In this document: piece after piece, positions 24,137 through 32,217 of the stretch
Layout of the letters: each line of letters starts with the position of its first letter
Numbering within the stretch: the stretch's first letter is position 1
From: Firmicutes bacterium HGW-Firmicutes-19
Lineage (GTDB): Bacteria > Bacillota_I > Bacilli_A > Erysipelotrichales > Erysipelotrichaceae
Direction: 5' to 3'
Assembly (NCBI GenBank): GCA_002841515.1
Contig: PGZW01000001.1
Coordinates: 1 to 44,719 of the forward strand
DNA: 44,719 bases
Made by a program: the position numbers and the translations under genes
The notes under the pieces: model-generated
Told to the model about the DNA's origin: nothing
Database searches by the model: none
What the model saw: the letters and a program-made list of their open reading frames with translations, nothing else

Positions 24137-25828
24137 TTACTCATTTGCTCTCTTGATATATTTTTTCAGGTGCTCTCGTAACCCCGGATCACAAACATAA
24201 ACATAGGTTCCTTTGATACCCCGGGTCAACAATGTAGTGTAGATATTTATGATATACTCATGCAATTCAATTTTAGTTGCAGTATTCAGGCCATTAATAT
24301 CATGATAATTTTCTTTATCAACATAAATCTTCTTTGTTTTTTTGTCGTATCTTAATTCATTCCCAATAATTACACCGGTATAATTTAGGTCATATCCTTG
24401 AATGGTATGAATACAACCAATCTCATTGATTGCATTCTTCGAGTTCACCCAATCAACATCTTTTGTATTCCAGATAAAGCCGTAATCTTCAATTAGAATA
24501 TCGATACTGCCATCCAAGAAACCTCCGCTCTCATTGAAATCACGTGGATGATCTTTTGTAATCCATTTCCATGAGTAACCAGCAACATTTCTGCATAACC
24601 CATGAGTTTCATTTAGTTTTTTTATTGAATCCGTCATTTTTTTAACGTCATCAAATAATTTGAAATCGTAAATGCCAAAGTCCGTATTTTTGGTCAATGA
24701 ATTTTCATGAAATAAATCGAAAATATATTGAACATAGTCATTTCCCCCTAAGCACCGAAGTTGTGACTCGAGCCGATAATGATTTACATGGCCATTATAA
24801 TTTTCAAATAATAGTCTGTCCGGTCTAATATCCGTTGGCTTAATTGTTTGATATGAGTCATAAAAAAGTATTTGCTGCTTACTTTTCTTTATAATCCAAT
24901 CAAGTTCTGTACCACTCGCATCTAACCCTAACATAATGTTGTTACGATCAAAAACTTCGTAATTCACCAAATTCTTTCGTCTTCGCAACCGATGTGCTTC
25001 ATCAACTATCAACAGATCATAGTCATCTTTAACACACTCATTTGGACTAATCACCATTGTATCATCAAGACCTTTTACTTTCTTAAACACCTTCTTTATC
25101 GTTTTTCTCAATGACTTCATTGGAATTACCAAACCAACTTTTAGGTTAAGTTTTTCAACTTCTTCTATACCCTCGATGAACATATGTGAATCGTCATCAA
25201 ACTCGGGTTTAACATTTACAAGATCAACAAATAGCTTCATTAAGTATATACCTAAAACCGTTTTACCGGTCCCAGCACCTCCATCGACTATAGATACGCT
25301 TGAAACATTTTGAACCATATTTTGAACGACATCATCTAGAATGCTTTTAGCTACAAAATATTGATCGGTTGTAAGAGCTTTGTATGGTGAGTACTTAAAA
25401 ATATCACTGTTTTCAATATTGATCAATTCGTTCTCTGCTAGATGCAACTCCCTAAGCAAACTCCAAATTATGCTAAACTTTTCCTTATACGTGTCTTTAT
25501 GATAATAGTTGTGTGATTGTATACCCCCATTACCATTCTGTAATTTGAACTTACCGTCTGCAGACATAAATTTAATCAACGAAGATTCAATATCAAGAGT
25601 CGCCGATTTATTGAAATCAGTATCCGCAATGAAATGTATCTTTCTAAAATCTCCACGCCTAACATCCTTAAGGTGCGTGCTCATTCTGATAAAAGCACTG
25701 GTAGTTTCCCCGATGTAAGCTTCGTCTGAATTATGGATTATATATACAACTGGCCAGTTTTCACCATATTGCCATCTCCGGACTTCTTCACATTTAGATT
25801 GCTCAAACCTTTTCGAGATAAGTTTCAT
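24137..25828 (-). CDS. DUF2075 ATPase with N-terminal GIY-YIG nuclease domain
   Basis: 563 aa. GIY-YIG: VVYIIHNSDEAYIGETTSAFIRMSTH...LDIESSLI...LQNGNGG. Walker A IVDGGAGTGKTVLGIYL, Walker B LLIVDEAHRLRR. C-terminus CIHTIQGYDLNYTGVIIG and TLLTRGIKGTYVY. Confidence 0.8.
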   Translation of the reverse strand: MKLISKRFEQSKCEEVRRWQYGENWPVVYIIHNSDEAYIGETTSAFIRMSTHLKDVRRGDFRKIHFIADTDFNKSATLDIESSLIKFMSADGKFKLQNGNGGIQSHNYYHKDTYKEKFSIIWSLLRELHLAENELINIENSDIFKYSPYKALTTDQYFVAKSILDDVVQNMVQNVSSVSIVDGGAGTGKTVLGIYLMKLFVDLVNVKPEFDDDSHMFIEGIEEVEKLNLKVGLVIPMKSLRKTIKKVFKKVKGLDDTMVISPNECVKDDYDLLIVDEAHRLRRRKNLVNYEVFDRNNIMLGLDASGTELDWIIKKSKQQILFYDSYQTIKPTDIRPDRLLFENYNGHVNHYRLESQLRCLGGNDYVQYIFDLFHENSLTKNTDFGIYDFKLFDDVKKMTDSIKKLNETHGLCRNVAGYSWKWITKDHPRDFNESGGFLDGSIDILIEDYGFIWNTKDVDWVNSKNAINEIGCIHTIQGYDLNYTGVIIGNELRYDKKTKKIYVDKENYHDINGLNTATKIELHEYIINIYTTLLTRGIKGTYVYVCDPGLREHLKKYIKRANE

Positions 25829-25932
25829 TGCTTATACCTTTCTTTTTGATAAAAATTTGACTTTCGAAATAAATCAACTGTTCTAATTATTAACAATTTG
25901 ACTGTACTTAACCCATAAAAATCGTATAACTG

Positions 25933-26448
25933 TTATTCCAAGTGTAATAATTTAATCAATGCCTCGAAATTCTCTTTTTTTACTGTCAATATCTCAATGT
26001 TTACACTATCGATCAAAGTAAGTATACATTGACTTATTATCCAACGATATCTGTCAATATCTCCCCTTAACCTTGGTAGCTCCTTGCCTTTGGTTGTTTC
26101 AATTTCATCATCTGATACCTCAAACTCTTCACTCAATTGAATGAACTCCTTGATGACCGTTCTAAACCCTGAGAGTTTGTCTATTAGCTGAGAATTTTTC
26201 GTTGCTCCCAAAGCTTTTGATACCGCTCGGGCATGCTTTTCCAAGTATTTTTGATAGTGAAAAAGATAGGTGAAATTACCGGTATTGCCAATAAGAGCGT
26301 ATTTGGTCTTGTTATTGGGGTTAAACAAGTTCCCTTCATCAAACGTAAGCACCAGATTTTTGACAATTTTCTTTTCATCCTCATTTAAAAGAAGATTTCT
26401 AACCTTACCGATTACCTCAACGATAGAGATGATTTCACTAATTGCCAT
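25933..26448 (-). CDS. Hypothetical protein (171 aa), no family recognised
   Basis: ORF only. It is the first gene at the right edge of the AT-rich island, 104 nt upstream of the GIY-YIG/DUF2075 gene. Confidence 0.5.
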   Translation of the reverse strand: MAISEIISIVEVIGKVRNLLLNEDEKKIVKNLVLTFDEGNLFNPNNKTKYALIGNTGNFTYLFHYQKYLEKHARAVSKALGATKNSQLIDKLSGFRTVIKEFIQLSEEFEVSDDEIETTKGKELPRLRGDIDRYRWIISQCILTLIDSVNIEILTVKKENFEALIKLLHLE

Positions 26449-26602
26449 ATGTTTCCCTCATAAATCATTATCTTCATTCTAACATAAGTATCCATGAGTA
26501 TTTAATAAAAAATAGAAACTCCATTGTATCAAGAGTTCCTATTCAAATCATCGATCCGGATTGCTCCATCAACGAATCCAACACGATTACCCGGCGTTTG
26601 AA

Positions 26603-26788
26603 TCACGAATAGTACGGATTTGGTTTAAAAAATAAGACGATCAAATCAAAAAATATACCTATACCAAAGAGTCCTGCTGTGCAAACATATACTATTCCTA
26701 AAAGTATTCTTTCTTCGTAAAATTTGTGTGCACCCAAAACGCCAAAGAACAGACATAAGAAGAATGAAACCCATTTATTTTTTGCCAT
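26603..26788 (-). CDS. TM2 domain-containing small membrane protein
   Basis: ORF track 26603..26800 (GTG). ATG 26786-26788 has GGGGGTGA upstream. FLCLFFGVLGAHKFY is the TM2-domain motif; two TM helices. Confidence 0.7.
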   Translation of the reverse strand: MAKNKWVSFFLCLFFGVLGAHKFYEERILLGIVYVCTAGLFGIGIFFDLIVLFFKPNPYYS

Positions 26789-27087
26789 TGAAATACTCAC
26801 CCCCTGATTAACATACGGCTGTATATCCTTTTGTATATTATAATAAGCGATAGTACTAAGGTAATCAATATATCAATGTGTCTGTTTATTAGCAATAAAA
26901 AATATAATCCGATTTAGTCGAGAAATTCATTACGAAATATCGTTTGGCTATTAGAGTTTGTTCTGTATTATCTTTTGATTCATCCAAAAATCCCACTCCA
27001 CGTTCCGTAGACCACATCACTTTGACGTAGGTAGTCAATAATTCCATTCAATGTTATGATAATGACATTGAAAAAAGGGGTAATTGT

Positions 27088-27771
27088 ATGAACTATCAAG
27101 ACATCGGAAAACGAATCAAGCAACGGCGCACAGAACTCAATCTCACACAACAGGAACTAGCCGATCAGCTCCAAGTGACAAACAAAGCCATATCCAAATG
27201 GGAAACAGGTGAAGGATATCCGGATATATCGATCTTAAGTGAAATATCATCCGTGTTAATGATCAGCGTCGATGACTTATTGGGATCCACCTTTGCAAAG
27301 CATGAAGTATCAAAGAAATCCGATTTGAACCTGGTATATAAAATGTTATTGTTAGGATCCGTACCACTGATCTACCTTCTTCCCATGATTTCGAGATATG
27401 CGATGTTTGGCTTCGGCGAAAATTGGCCCAGTGCTTCTGGAGGTAATTCTCTTTCCGGATATGCCATCATCTTACAGTCCCCCTTAACAAATTGGGCAAA
27501 ACTGACATTTATCAGCCTGATGCTCATCTATGTGATATCGGTTATGTTGCTGGTTGAATACGGATTGAATCATTTCAAAGAAATCGAGTTGTTTCCCTTT
27601 CTAAAGAAGCACAAAACTAAAAAAAGGATGATAGGGTTGCTTATCCTGTCCCTACCGATTCCCCTCTTTGTAGGTCTACTGACGGGTGTAGAAATCGGAC
27701 TGATTCTGATGCCAATGATCATCACATTGTATGTCTACCTGGAACTTAAGTCACTCAAACATAAATCGTAA
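27088..27771 (+). CDS. XRE-family HTH regulator with C-terminal multi-TM region
   Basis: N-terminus IGKRIKQRRTELNLTQQELADQLQVTNKAISKWETGEGYPDISIL (HTH_3/Cro-C1 type), followed by ~4 hydrophobic segments. AAGGGG SD. Confidence 0.85.
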   Translation: MNYQDIGKRIKQRRTELNLTQQELADQLQVTNKAISKWETGEGYPDISILSEISSVLMISVDDLLGSTFAKHEVSKKSDLNLVYKMLLLGSVPLIYLLPMISRYAMFGFGENWPSASGGNSLSGYAIILQSPLTNWAKLTFISLMLIYVISVMLLVEYGLNHFKEIELFPFLKKHKTKKRMIGLLILSLPIPLFVGLLTGVEIGLILMPMIITLYVYLELKSLKHKS

Positions 27772-27795
27772 AAAAGGCATGCGAATGCCATTTCT
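27770..27795. terminator. Weak bidirectional terminator between convergent genes
   Basis: AAAAAA-GGCAT-GCGA-ATGCC-ATTTCT: a 5-bp stem with an A6 run on one side (a U6 tail for the minus-strand transcript) and a weaker TTTCT on the other. Confidence 0.4.
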
Positions 27796-27917
27796 AATGT
27801 GAGTTGTCAGATATCACTTACGTCATATCGCCAATGTAACCTAAGATTGTTACTCCTTCAAGTAACGCTACCTATATCAGACTTCACTGGATAAGCAATT
27901 GAGTAATCTTTTAACCT

Positions 27918-28232
27918 TTACTTATTCTTAAACGTTTTACCAAAAAACACCCCGGCTAACGATATTACCGAATAACCGACAATATAAACCCAAGCTGTAC
28001 TATTGAAATGAATAAAAATCGCTGGGATAAAGAGAATGCCTACTGCTATTGGAAAAATCAAACTCCATCCGTTTTTAAAGCCGTAGAAACAAGATATCGC
28101 AAAGCAAGTCAGCGGCATGATTACTAGCATAATAACCATGAAATCTCCTGTGGAACTGCCTAGCAACGGTAAAAGATAAAAAGAAACAGCAATCACAAAT
28201 AAGTATGGAATCATTTTTTTAATTTCGTTCAT
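27918..28232 (-). CDS. Small membrane protein (104 aa)
   Basis: ORF track 27918..28250. ATG 28230-28232 follows AGGAGGGGAACA. Three to four hydrophobic helices; no family recognised. Confidence 0.6.
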   Translation of the reverse strand: MNEIKKMIPYLFVIAVSFYLLPLLGSSTGDFMVIMLVIMPLTCFAISCFYGFKNGWSLIFPIAVGILFIPAIFIHFNSTAWVYIVGYSVISLAGVFFGKTFKNK

Positions 28233-28449
28233 TGTTCCCCTCCTGGTCATGAGCCATCAAATCTTTAAACAAGTTCTATCAAATTAAAGCAACCCAATAA
28301 ACCTTGTTAAAGCCATTTGAATTATACTCCATTACTGTCCTATGTGCAATTCTTCGTGAAAGTTTTGACATTATAACTATTCGTCATTATTTATAGGCTG
28401 TACCCTAGAAAAATATATACGACGTTTTTCAATCATGAAAAGATGAACC

Positions 28450-28486
28450 GATAGAAAACCAGGCAATCATTATTGATCGCCTGGTT
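28450..28486 (-). terminator. Rho-independent terminator after the 485-aa gene
   Basis: Stem AACCAGGC (28457-28464) / GCCTGGTT (28479-28486) with a 14-nt loop, T-rich on both sides, starting 6 nt beyond the stop at 28492. Confidence 0.5.
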
Positions 28487-28491
28487 TTGCG

Positions 28492-29949
28492 TTATTTGTC
28501 GCCTTTATTTATCGCTAATTCCACGACTTTATATGCCCCATCATACGTACCAACTTTGTTTGCTTTTACGATGTTATTACACAAACCCGTAAGTAATTCA
28601 TCCTCTTCTAACATCAAATTCAACATCTGTAAAGTCGTTTCCACGGTTTCACATTCAATGGTCCCATCGCCGATCTCCGCCGCACGAATGGCACCCCACG
28701 CCTCATGACCGCCCACCCGCTTGATCATCAGCTTTGGCACCGGATAAAACGCAAGCTCACTGGGCTTAGTCACGAGTACATCCGCACTTCGCATCAGCAG
28801 ATTCGAACTGTACACAGCCGCAAAGATATCTTTATTATAGAACACATGAATGCCCGAAACATCTGTTGTTTGTATTTCCTGCGCAAATGTGCATGTCTTA
28901 CTCCAATCATCAGAGTAAGTCTCTGATAACGTTTTTAACTCCGCTATTTCCTTACACAAACCTTCCCACACATTCAAATGATCTCCTACATTGATCAACA
29001 AAGTCACTTCACCCTTCGCAATTTTGGGCAATAGATTTTTAATGATCTGTGCGAAAATCTCCTTCTGAGCACCGGCTCCTCCTACGGTAAGCAAGATACG
29101 CTTCGCCTTTTTCTGTTGGATCCGGTTCAATCGTCTTTCACAATCCGTATCAATATTGACCACAAGTTCGTGATCGATATAGTGCCCGACATCAAACAAC
29201 TGACCTTTGGGCATAGGATTCAATAATGTCTTACCACCCATCTCCCTCAACGTTTTATATCCGATAAAAGAAGAAGGCGTTTGAACCGTATGAATCGATC
29301 CTTCCGCAAGATGGAGTGCCATGGGCCAATTATCAGGAATCACATTCACAACCCGTTGTACCCCTGCATGACCCGCGGCTTGTGCCGGCCAAACATGGGT
29401 AGCCACAAATGGCATATCTTTGGGCAACTCCCTAAAAACAGGCGTCATCAGTTCCGTCATTTTCTGATCCAACGCATTGTAACTGATTTTTTTGAAACCT
29501 TCCGAATTCAATGGTTCCCAATAGAACTTATTAAACAAAGGATATTTCTGAGACCATCGCGACCCCATCGAGTAAAGCTCATTCAAATGCTTGATGACCT
29601 TACCTCCCGTCGTTTCACTGTATGCATGCAAGTCAAACCAATACGGCGTAATGCCCATGGAATGAGCTGCGGAGGCAATGGCCATTGAAATCCGATAATG
29701 ACCAAATCCCATGCGGATATTACCAATGATGATCCCCTTTTCTTCATTGATCTTCTCCGATGTTTCGCTGGTCACAATGTTTTTGACACCCAACAACGGA
29801 TATAAGACCGCATTATCCTCTATACCCAGCTTATAGTGCTTATCGGAATCATCCCCAAATTTTTTAATGTATTTCTGCTTAGCCTTATTTGCCTTTTTGA
29901 CCACATCTTCACTGATCACATTTCCAAAGATTTTTGATGTTCGATCCAT
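28492..29949 (-). CDS. GT-B-like glycosyltransferase candidate (MGDG-synthase/MurG-like, GT28-type)
   Basis: 485 aa. GNIRMGFGHYRISMAIASA resembles the G-x-GH N-terminal motif of MGDG-synthase-type enzymes. LLTVGGAGAQKE and VLVTKPSELAFYP...GHEAWGAIRAAEIGDG resemble the C-terminal nucleotide-sugar lobe. The assignment is tentative. Confidence 0.45.
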   Translation of the reverse strand: MDRTSKIFGNVISEDVVKKANKAKQKYIKKFGDDSDKHYKLGIEDNAVLYPLLGVKNIVTSETSEKINEEKGIIIGNIRMGFGHYRISMAIASAAHSMGITPYWFDLHAYSETTGGKVIKHLNELYSMGSRWSQKYPLFNKFYWEPLNSEGFKKISYNALDQKMTELMTPVFRELPKDMPFVATHVWPAQAAGHAGVQRVVNVIPDNWPMALHLAEGSIHTVQTPSSFIGYKTLREMGGKTLLNPMPKGQLFDVGHYIDHELVVNIDTDCERRLNRIQQKKAKRILLTVGGAGAQKEIFAQIIKNLLPKIAKGEVTLLINVGDHLNVWEGLCKEIAELKTLSETYSDDWSKTCTFAQEIQTTDVSGIHVFYNKDIFAAVYSSNLLMRSADVLVTKPSELAFYPVPKLMIKRVGGHEAWGAIRAAEIGDGTIECETVETTLQMLNLMLEEDELLTGLCNNIVKANKVGTYDGAYKVVELAINKGDK

Positions 29950-29961
29950 GACCTTACCCCC

Positions 29962-31314
29962 TTATTTATCCGTAATCCCATCAAGAATTTTCTTCTCATC
30001 GTACATTAGCAAGAAAATCAAACCGACGATACAGAACGCTGCGGCCGCAACGGCGGTCAAGCGAATACTCAATTCATTACTGACATCACCCTGAGACAAT
30101 AGCAGACCGCTGAGAATCAACATGGAAAACATTTGCCCGATCTTAGACATAAAGGTACGTGTCCCAAAGAACATCCCTTCCCTGCGAATCCCGGTTTTGC
30201 GTGCATCGTATTCCGCAATATCGGCCACAACGACATTGGGCAAAATCCCAAAGATTGCCATCGGAATTGCTGCCAGCAGTACCATCAGATAGGCCTGAAC
30301 GGTGGTATCCAAGGGCATCAACCCTAAGAAAGCCCCGTAGACATATACGAGCAGAAAGATACAGAAGGCAATAATAAGCAACAGTTTCTTACCGATTTTC
30401 TTCGCAATGATATTAATGGGAACATAGAACAGAAACGATCCGACCCCAAGTCCCATAAACAGAATCCCAAACATCGTATCCGGCAATTCTAACAAGATCG
30501 TAATGTAATACAGCAGCGATGATTGAAAGATGGTAATCGCAATCCAATACACCAAATCAGAGAAAACAAACATACGAAATTCCTTGTTTTTAAAGGTGGC
30601 TTTCATCGAATCCAACATTTTCAACTCCGAAGGAACCGATTCACAATAGCGCTTCTCATCGATCGCTAATACCGGAATCAGCAGGAAGATAAATCCGATC
30701 ACCGCAAGAATACTTAAGGCGATTCGCATCGACACCACCGTGCTGTACCCCATTCCTTGAAACACATTCCAAAGAAGCGGTGCCTGAGAAGCGACGGCAG
30801 CCCCTAAAAACCAAGTGACCGAAATATACGTAGATAAATTCAAACGCTCTTCCGGTGTATGACCCAACTCCGACAATAACGCAAAGAATGGTGTCACATA
30901 CATCGTTAAAAAGAAGTAAAACAACAATAACATCACGGTCAGAAAGATGGCATTCATCGTACTTTCCCCATTGACCGGCGACCAGAAAACCAGGACGGTC
31001 GTCAGTGCGAATGGAAGTGAAGCAAATTGCATAAACGAAATACGTCTGCCCTTCTTCGCTTTACTGCGATCACTTAACGTCGCAATCCAAGGATCGGTAA
31101 CCGCATCAAACAATCGGCCCAACATCGTGATTGCGCCGATGATCGTCACAAATCCGATAAAGACCACTTGCGGAATAAAAATCGATATGCCCGACTCTTT
31201 GGTAGGAATGTAATAGAATATCAAATAAGAACCAATAATCCCAGATAACAATGACCAACCGAATTGGCCCAATGAGTAAGCAATTTGCTTCGATAACGGC
31301 AACTTTTCTTTCAT
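29962..31314 (-). CDS. GPH-family (MelB-like glycoside-pentoside-hexuronide:cation) symporter / MFS
   Basis: 450 aa, ~12 TM. The loop motif DAVTDPWIATLSDRSKAKKGRRISFM is typical of GPH transporters. Confidence 0.8.
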   Translation of the reverse strand: MKEKLPLSKQIAYSLGQFGWSLLSGIIGSYLIFYYIPTKESGISIFIPQVVFIGFVTIIGAITMLGRLFDAVTDPWIATLSDRSKAKKGRRISFMQFASLPFALTTVLVFWSPVNGESTMNAIFLTVMLLLFYFFLTMYVTPFFALLSELGHTPEERLNLSTYISVTWFLGAAVASQAPLLWNVFQGMGYSTVVSMRIALSILAVIGFIFLLIPVLAIDEKRYCESVPSELKMLDSMKATFKNKEFRMFVFSDLVYWIAITIFQSSLLYYITILLELPDTMFGILFMGLGVGSFLFYVPINIIAKKIGKKLLLIIAFCIFLLVYVYGAFLGLMPLDTTVQAYLMVLLAAIPMAIFGILPNVVVADIAEYDARKTGIRREGMFFGTRTFMSKIGQMFSMLILSGLLLSQGDVSNELSIRLTAVAAAAFCIVGLIFLLMYDEKKILDGITDK

Positions 31315-31343
31315 AACTTTTCCCCTCAGTAACTGTTTTTCAG

Positions 31344-32000
31344 TTAATTCTTCCCTTTTAAAGCCTTTAAAAACAACTCCCTTTGCACCGATATGATTTT
31401 GCGCGAATCAATATTTAACTCCTCATTCAAATTCGTCTGTCGAGTTACAACGCGCTGAGCCAAAGCCAAAAATGAATTCGATATGGTTCGAGCCAAGTAG
31501 GCAATCTCCACATCAGTCACAATCGACCCGTCCTTTACCCCTTCAGTTAAAAATTCGAAGAACGGTTCATCCACTTTTTCAATCAGCTGAATAAACTCTT
31601 TCTGACTTTGTGTACTTGGATACTCACCGACAAGATAATAATCAAACATTCCCGTAAAGCGAATCAATTGACTTAACTCATCGATCATTGCATCCAACTT
31701 CTCAAGATATTTCGCTAGCTTTTCATAACCAGTTCCAAAGAGAGTCAAAACATATTCGTCTTGAAGCGATACAAACGTCTTGAATACATCAAGTTCGATT
31801 TCCATAGCAATTTCCTCTTTCGAACTGAAATATCGATAGAGCGTTTTCCGGCTGATTTTCGCCACTTCCGCAATATCTGCCATATTGGTCTGTGAAAACC
31901 CTTTTTCAAGAAACATCTCTTTAGAGACCTCGACGATATGTTTCTTAGTGATTTCTTTGCTCTGCTCTCTCTCCAGATCCCGATAAATTTTCGTGCCCAT
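31344..32000 (-). CDS. TetR/AcrR-family transcriptional regulator
   Basis: ORF track 31344..32021. ATG 31998-32000 follows AAGGAGGGGTTCT. HTH: FLEKGFSQTNMADIAEVAKISRKTLYRYFSSKEE. Confidence 0.85.
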   Translation of the reverse strand: MGTKIYRDLEREQSKEITKKHIVEVSKEMFLEKGFSQTNMADIAEVAKISRKTLYRYFSSKEEIAMEIELDVFKTFVSLQDEYVLTLFGTGYEKLAKYLEKLDAMIDELSQLIRFTGMFDYYLVGEYPSTQSQKEFIQLIEKVDEPFFEFLTEGVKDGSIVTDVEIAYLARTISNSFLALAQRVVTRQTNLNEELNIDSRKIISVQRELFLKALKGKN

Positions 32001-32217
32001 AGAACCCCTCCTTGTGCACACATAACAATAAACTGACTATAACGATATCTCATCTGCCAAACATAGTTACAGTTGTTTACTGATGACACACGTGTTACCT
32101 ATAGAATGCGCTTACATTTTGTTTTTGTCAAGAAGAAAGTGGTATGTAGTCTCAATTTCTGACTAACAAAAAGGTATTCGCAGTTACTTGATAAGCGAGT
32201 ACCTTTTATTGACTTTA

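Larger units (their letters stand above)
9001..26550. other. AT-rich accessory (defence-type) genomic island
   Basis: My hand count of 9181-9280 gives 27 G+C per 100 nt, against 46 in 32881-32980 and 51 in 8101-8200. The 15 ORFs are all on the minus strand. Products are dominated by nuclease, helicase/ATPase, ParB-like and methyltransferase signatures. Confidence 0.7.

Noticed and set aside
9001-26550. Calling the AT-rich island a prophage, ICE or transposon
   Set aside because: I recognised no integrase, transposase, relaxase, capsid or terminase genes, no tRNA target, and no terminal direct or inverted repeats. It is reported only as a compositional island.
31745-32089. 114-aa minus-strand ORF overlapping the TetR gene in another frame
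   Set aside because: The product is an Arg/Lys-rich low-complexity translation with no SD. The overlapping TetR frame has a canonical HTH and a strong AAGGAGG. The alternative-frame ORFs at 23456-23641, 26184-26384, 38171-38377, 40002-40193 and 42022-42454 are rejected the same way.
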